52,964 nt of DNA from Sarea resinae (taxonomy: Eukaryota). The notes under the pieces were generated by a model that did not search any database, was not told the DNA's origin, and was given only the letters and a program-made list of their open reading frames with translations. Each line of letters opens with the position of its first letter. The first letter of the stretch is position 1. Of the stretch, positions 48,957-52,964 are shown piece after piece. The position numbers were made by a program, and so were the translations under genes. The DNA is taken from positions 186,001 to 238,964 of the forward strand of contig JAPEUD010000032.1 in the NCBI GenBank assembly GCA_026026165.1. The letters are read 5' to 3'.

Positions 48957-49024
48957 AAGAACAAGAGCAACAAGAGCAGCAAGAGGAGCAAGAGGAGCAA
49001 GAGGAGCAAGAGGAGCAGCAAGAG
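48957..49024 (+). repeat. CAAGAG(G/C)A(G/A) 9-bp-unit low-complexity repeat encoding QEQ/QEE
   Basis: caagaacaagagcaacaagagcagcaagaggagcaagaggagcaagaggagcaagaggagcagcaagag. Confidence 0.8.
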
Positions 49025-50787
49025 AGATTAGGATCCAGATCAAGATTAAGATCAGGATCGCGATCGTTATTATTCCACTATGAGCCAAACTATCAGGTCC
49101 TAATCTGCTGTCAACATGGCTACGCCCTTCGAAATATAGACCGCCACTTAAAGGACAGTCATGCGATGCCGGCTAAGGAGCGACGTCTGCTTAGAGCGCA
49201 GTATCAAGGCTGCAGCCTACTTGATCCGCATGCCGTGCCTTTGCCACCGCCGAATTGCCCTGCATTTCCCGCTCTAGGGGCACCCACCAACAGCTTTACC
49301 TGTCGAGACTGTAGTTTTAGCACAGCGAATCGCCAGATCATGCAGAAGCACAGCAATAAGCAGCACGCCTAGTCCGCCGATTAAGAGGAGGAAGAAGAAG
49401 AAGAGGACTCGCCGAATTGGCAGCCGGTTCTAGTGCAGACCTTCTTCACTGGCGGGCTGCAGCGATATTTTCCAGTGCGGCCGGCGGAAAAGGAGCACGC
49501 GGAGAGGAGCTACAATGATGATCGGCTAGGCGAAGCAGCCTCTAACGACCTAGCTAGTCAGATCTAGCGCGAGTTCGATGCTCAGCAGGCCGCGCACAAG
49601 CAGAGTCAGGCCCTGACTAAGAGCGAGGTGCAGAAGACTAATCGCACTGGCTGGTTCAGTCGCACCAGCTGGCCGGCCCACCTGCGCCGCCAGAATATAG
49701 CTCACCTTCTCTACGCCAGCGAGCTCTCTAACCAGCGACTTAGGCGGCCGCGGCGGCAGCGGCAGCGGCAGGATTTAGACCGGATCCTTAGCTAGGCCGC
49801 CAAGGTCACCCGACTAATAATCGAGCGCTACGTGGCCAGGCTAGCTACCTTACCGCTCGAGCTCTGCCGCTGGCTGCGCAGCGAGAAGCGCACCAAGGTG
49901 CACCCAAAGCCATTAGGTTGGCTGCAGACCGCGGAGGCTCAGGTGCGCTATGCTAACTATTGGGCGCGTCTGATCTGCTATTGCCTGCGCGTCTTTGCCT
50001 ACCGCACCTTCGCTGCCCACGCACCTGACGCGCGGCTGAAGGATGCCGACAAATTGCTGCATCTGACAGCAGAGCAGAACGAGCGCTTGCAGGCTGTCTA
50101 GGAGTCGCTCAAGCTTGATAGCGACGAGGCCCTGCAGGTCGACCAAGTGCTAGCCTTCTCGCAGGCGCTTATCTTTGACCCACTACTAGTAGACCCCTTT
50201 GATAGCGCGCTGGTCTACTTCCTCGCTGTGCTTAGCATCGACCCCCTCACTAAGCGGCTGCACACAGCGACAAGCTACTCCTACCAGCTAGCCAGGGTGG
50301 TCTACTGCATGCAGGTGATCAGGGTCAAGGTGCTGCTGCCAGCGGCCGCGCAGGAGCGGCAGGGCCGGGCTAAGCAGAAGCGCTTCCTAGGGCAGCGCAA
50401 GATATTCCTAGCCGACGGCTCGCTGACCCTGATAAGCACGATGATCAGCCTGCTCGCATACGCTAAGTACATCGGCTGGCGGCAGCCGAGCACAGCGACG
50501 ACAAACTAGGCCTAGGATGCTCAGTCGCTGCGCTTCTGCAGCAAGCTGATCGTGATCGCCCACTTCTAGCAGATAGCGCACTAGGCAATCGAGGCCGCCG
50601 AGGCCATCCTCTAGCCTGAGCTGATGTGGTGCCGCGAACCAGGCGACCGCTTCACTGTCGACCTAGCCGGCATCGAGGACGACATAGCGTTCACGCAGCG
50701 GAATTAGTCCTTCCTTAGCAATCTAGCGAACCAGCTAGATCAGGGGCTCTCCTCGATAGTGGCGCGCGTCGCCTGCACGGCTCGATA

Positions 50788-50806
50788 CTTCTAGACAGTC
50801 TAGAAG
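50788..50806. repeat. Perfect 19-bp palindrome CTTCTAGAC-A-GTCTAGAAG (copy 2, inside the ORF)
   Basis: Identical to 48712-48730. The shared match extends to ACTTCTAGACAGTCTAGAAGAAA. Confidence 0.9.
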
Positions 50807-52964
50807 AAAGAAAGGAGGGAAGACAAAAAACCGCTCTGACAGCGCGACAGCACTGGCTGGGAACCAGGCCTGGTCAGGGACTACTGCCGGCGCGTGCAGG
50901 CCTTTCTCAAGCTGCTACTCTTCAGCTGCCATGTGACTAGGGGCTAGCCTGGCCGCGGCACCAAGGAGTTGTCGGTGCGCTATCGCAACAGCCTGCTGCA
51001 GGATCGCAATGTCTATGTAGTGGATAGATCGGTTGTGCTAGTGACCTGCTACTATAAGAGCCAGGCCTAGTACAATACCCTGAAGGTGGTGCCGCGCTTC
51101 CTGCTGTAGCGAGTCGGCCAGCTCATAGTCGTCTACCTAGCCTACGTGCGGCCGTTCTACAGCCACCTGCAGACCGCGGTCAGCTTAGGGGGCGGGCTTG
51201 ACAATGAATTTATCTAGGGCACAGCCGAAGGGCAGCCGTGGCCGACAGAGCAGCTGACCTAGGTCCTTAGCCGCGAGACGTCCACGCGGTTGAAATGTCG
51301 GCTGACCACGCAGGACTATCGACATGTGGCGATCACGATCGGCTAGAAATTCGTGGGCAAGGAATTCGCCGCCGGCGAGGGGCGAGCGCTGCATCGTAGG
51401 GACAAGGCCGAGGATGTGGAGGAGCCGCAGCTCGAGCAGGAGGACGAACTCGAGCTGCAGACCAGGCACACCACCGCTATCAGGCAAATTCGATATAGCG
51501 TTTCTAGGGATATCGTCTGGAATCTCAGCGCGCGCTCTCTCGACGCGTTTAGCCGAGTGAGTCAGGCGTGGCACGCATTCCTACAGCTTGATAGTGGCAG
51601 CAGCCTGGCTGGTGCAGCGCAGCAGAGCGAGTCCTAGCCTAAGCTTAAGGGAAAGCTGAAGCGCAAGCAGGAAGCAGAGGAGGAGCAGCCGCTAGAGGAG
51701 GAGCAAGAGGAGAGAGAAGAAACAAGAGTTCTAGTAATAGGCTGTGGCTGCCGCAAGCGGTTTCGGCTGCTAGAGGATGATAATAGTTCGAGGCAAGAGA
51801 TTAACGTCGACTTAGAGGAGGTTGTTACTAGCATGCAGCAATTGCTAGGGTTAAGTCGAGTGGAGTTTAAGTCAGCAGAGCAGCGCGTGGCATTGCAAGC
51901 GATCTTACGACATAAGACGCTGACTGTAGTAGTGCTGCCTACTAGAGGCGGGAAGAGCCTGCTGTTTATGCTGCTGGCTTAGCTCGAGCAACAGCAGCAG
52001 GAGAAAGGGCTGCAAGGGCTGCTAGTGACAGTGGTAGTAGTGCTGTTCCGCGCCCTAGTGAACGATCTAGTCGGCCGATTGCAGCGGGTCGGCATTAACA
52101 GTCTTGAGTAGAGGCACAGCGATAGCAGCTTCGCTGCAGTGGTAGTGGTCAGCGCTGATCTCGCTAGTGGGTCGGGTTTCTTAACGTACGCCACAGCGCT
52201 GCAGCGGCACAGTCTGCTGCAGCGGATCGTCGTGGACGAGTGTCACCTGACGTTCACAGCTAACTATTACTAGCCGCGGCTCAACAATCTCAAGCATCTG
52301 TAGACAATGATGTGCCTGATAATACTACTGACCGCGACATTGCCGCCCGCTCTAGAGCAGGAGCTAGCTGACAGCATGCTGATGCTAGTGGCGCGCTGCA
52401 TTCGCGCTCGCACGATCCGGCCGCGCACCCGCTATCTAGTAGTGCGGTGCGAAGATAGCTAGCTGCTTGAGAGCGCGGCGCACCTCTGTCGACAGCAGCT
52501 GCAGCAGCGACTGCGGCGGCAAGGGAAAGGGGTGATCTACTGCCGAACCTAGGCGGCGTGCGAGGCCTTGGCTGAGACTCTACAGTGCGGCCACTATCAC
52601 TCGACATTAGAGGAGAAGGAGCGCCAGCTTAGGCGGTGGATGTCTAAAGGGGGCTGGATCGTCGCCACTAGCGCGCTCAGCACCGGGGTCGACTACAGCA
52701 GGATCTTGATGACGCTGCACGTCGGGGTGCTGTATAGCATGATCGACTTCGCGCAGGAGTCAGGCCAGGCCAGGCGCGCTGGCGAGGACGTGGATGCTGT
52801 CGTGCTTGTAGAGGCCGGCCAGCTCACAGCGGCGGCCGTCGTGGAGCGTACTGTCGACCAGCAGGCGATGTGGGAATTTATCACCACTTAGGGCTGCTGG
52901 CGGCAGATTATGAGCGGCTACCTTGACAGAAAGGGGGTGCGGTGTGGCGAGGTCGACTAAGGCA

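Larger units (their letters stand above)
48854..52964 (+). pseudogene. RIP-inactivated DUF3505 (OrsD-like Zn finger) + tyrosine-recombinase-like + RecQ-type SF2 helicase gene (telomere-linked-helicase-like mobile element); runs off the window end
   Basis: One reading frame broken by many TAG/TAA stops. Motifs: 'VLICCQHGYAL...RHLKDSH', 'FTCRDC...QKH..KQH'; 'HVT(G)G(Q)PGRGT', 'Y(H)KSQ', 'DYRHVAITIG', 'QT(G)HT..IRY'; helicase 'VLPT(G)GGKSL' (51932), 'VDECH' (52232), 'LTATLPP', 'ATSALSTGVD' and 'QESGQARRAG'. Confidence 0.85.

Noticed and set aside
48854..49372. DUF3505/'OrsD' domain as a member of the PKS cluster
   Set aside because: It lies about 37 kb from the PKS and is the N-terminus of a RIP-mutated helicase element. 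The domain name does not imply a biosynthetic role.
15244..52964. Starship giant transposon carrying these genes as cargo
   Set aside because: No DUF3435 captain or element boundary is visible in the window. It cannot be excluded if the captain lies outside.

Overview
Window from a filamentous ascomycete (Pezizomycotina-type) genome, with GT-AG spliceosomal introns and RIP-mutated repeats. Left arm: an intron-containing tRNA-Gly(GCC), an SNG1/DUF3533-like membrane protein, a stand-alone non-reducing PKS (SAT-KS-AT-PT-ACP-ACP-TE, 7 exons, ~2141 aa) and a giant ~3193-aa DUF6606/DUF3638/DUF3645 P-loop protein. Centre: a RID/Masc1-type C5 cytosine methyltransferase whose catalytic Pro-Cys reads Pro-Tyr, and a small DUF7053-like gene. 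Next is a compact three-gene candidate cell-death/immune module: a HET-Q1/RCD-1-like gasdermin, a convergent HET-Q2-like subtilisin protease with a long N-terminal extension, and, head-to-head 251 bp away, a C2H2-NACHT-like-ankyrin NLR whose Walker A lacks the lysine. Right arm: a heavily RIP-mutated chromodomain Ty3/Gypsy relic, then a moderately RIP-mutated DUF3505 / tyrosine-recombinase-like / RecQ-helicase element carrying two copies of a perfect 19-bp palindrome. All exon models and family calls were made by eye from motifs; no searches were run.
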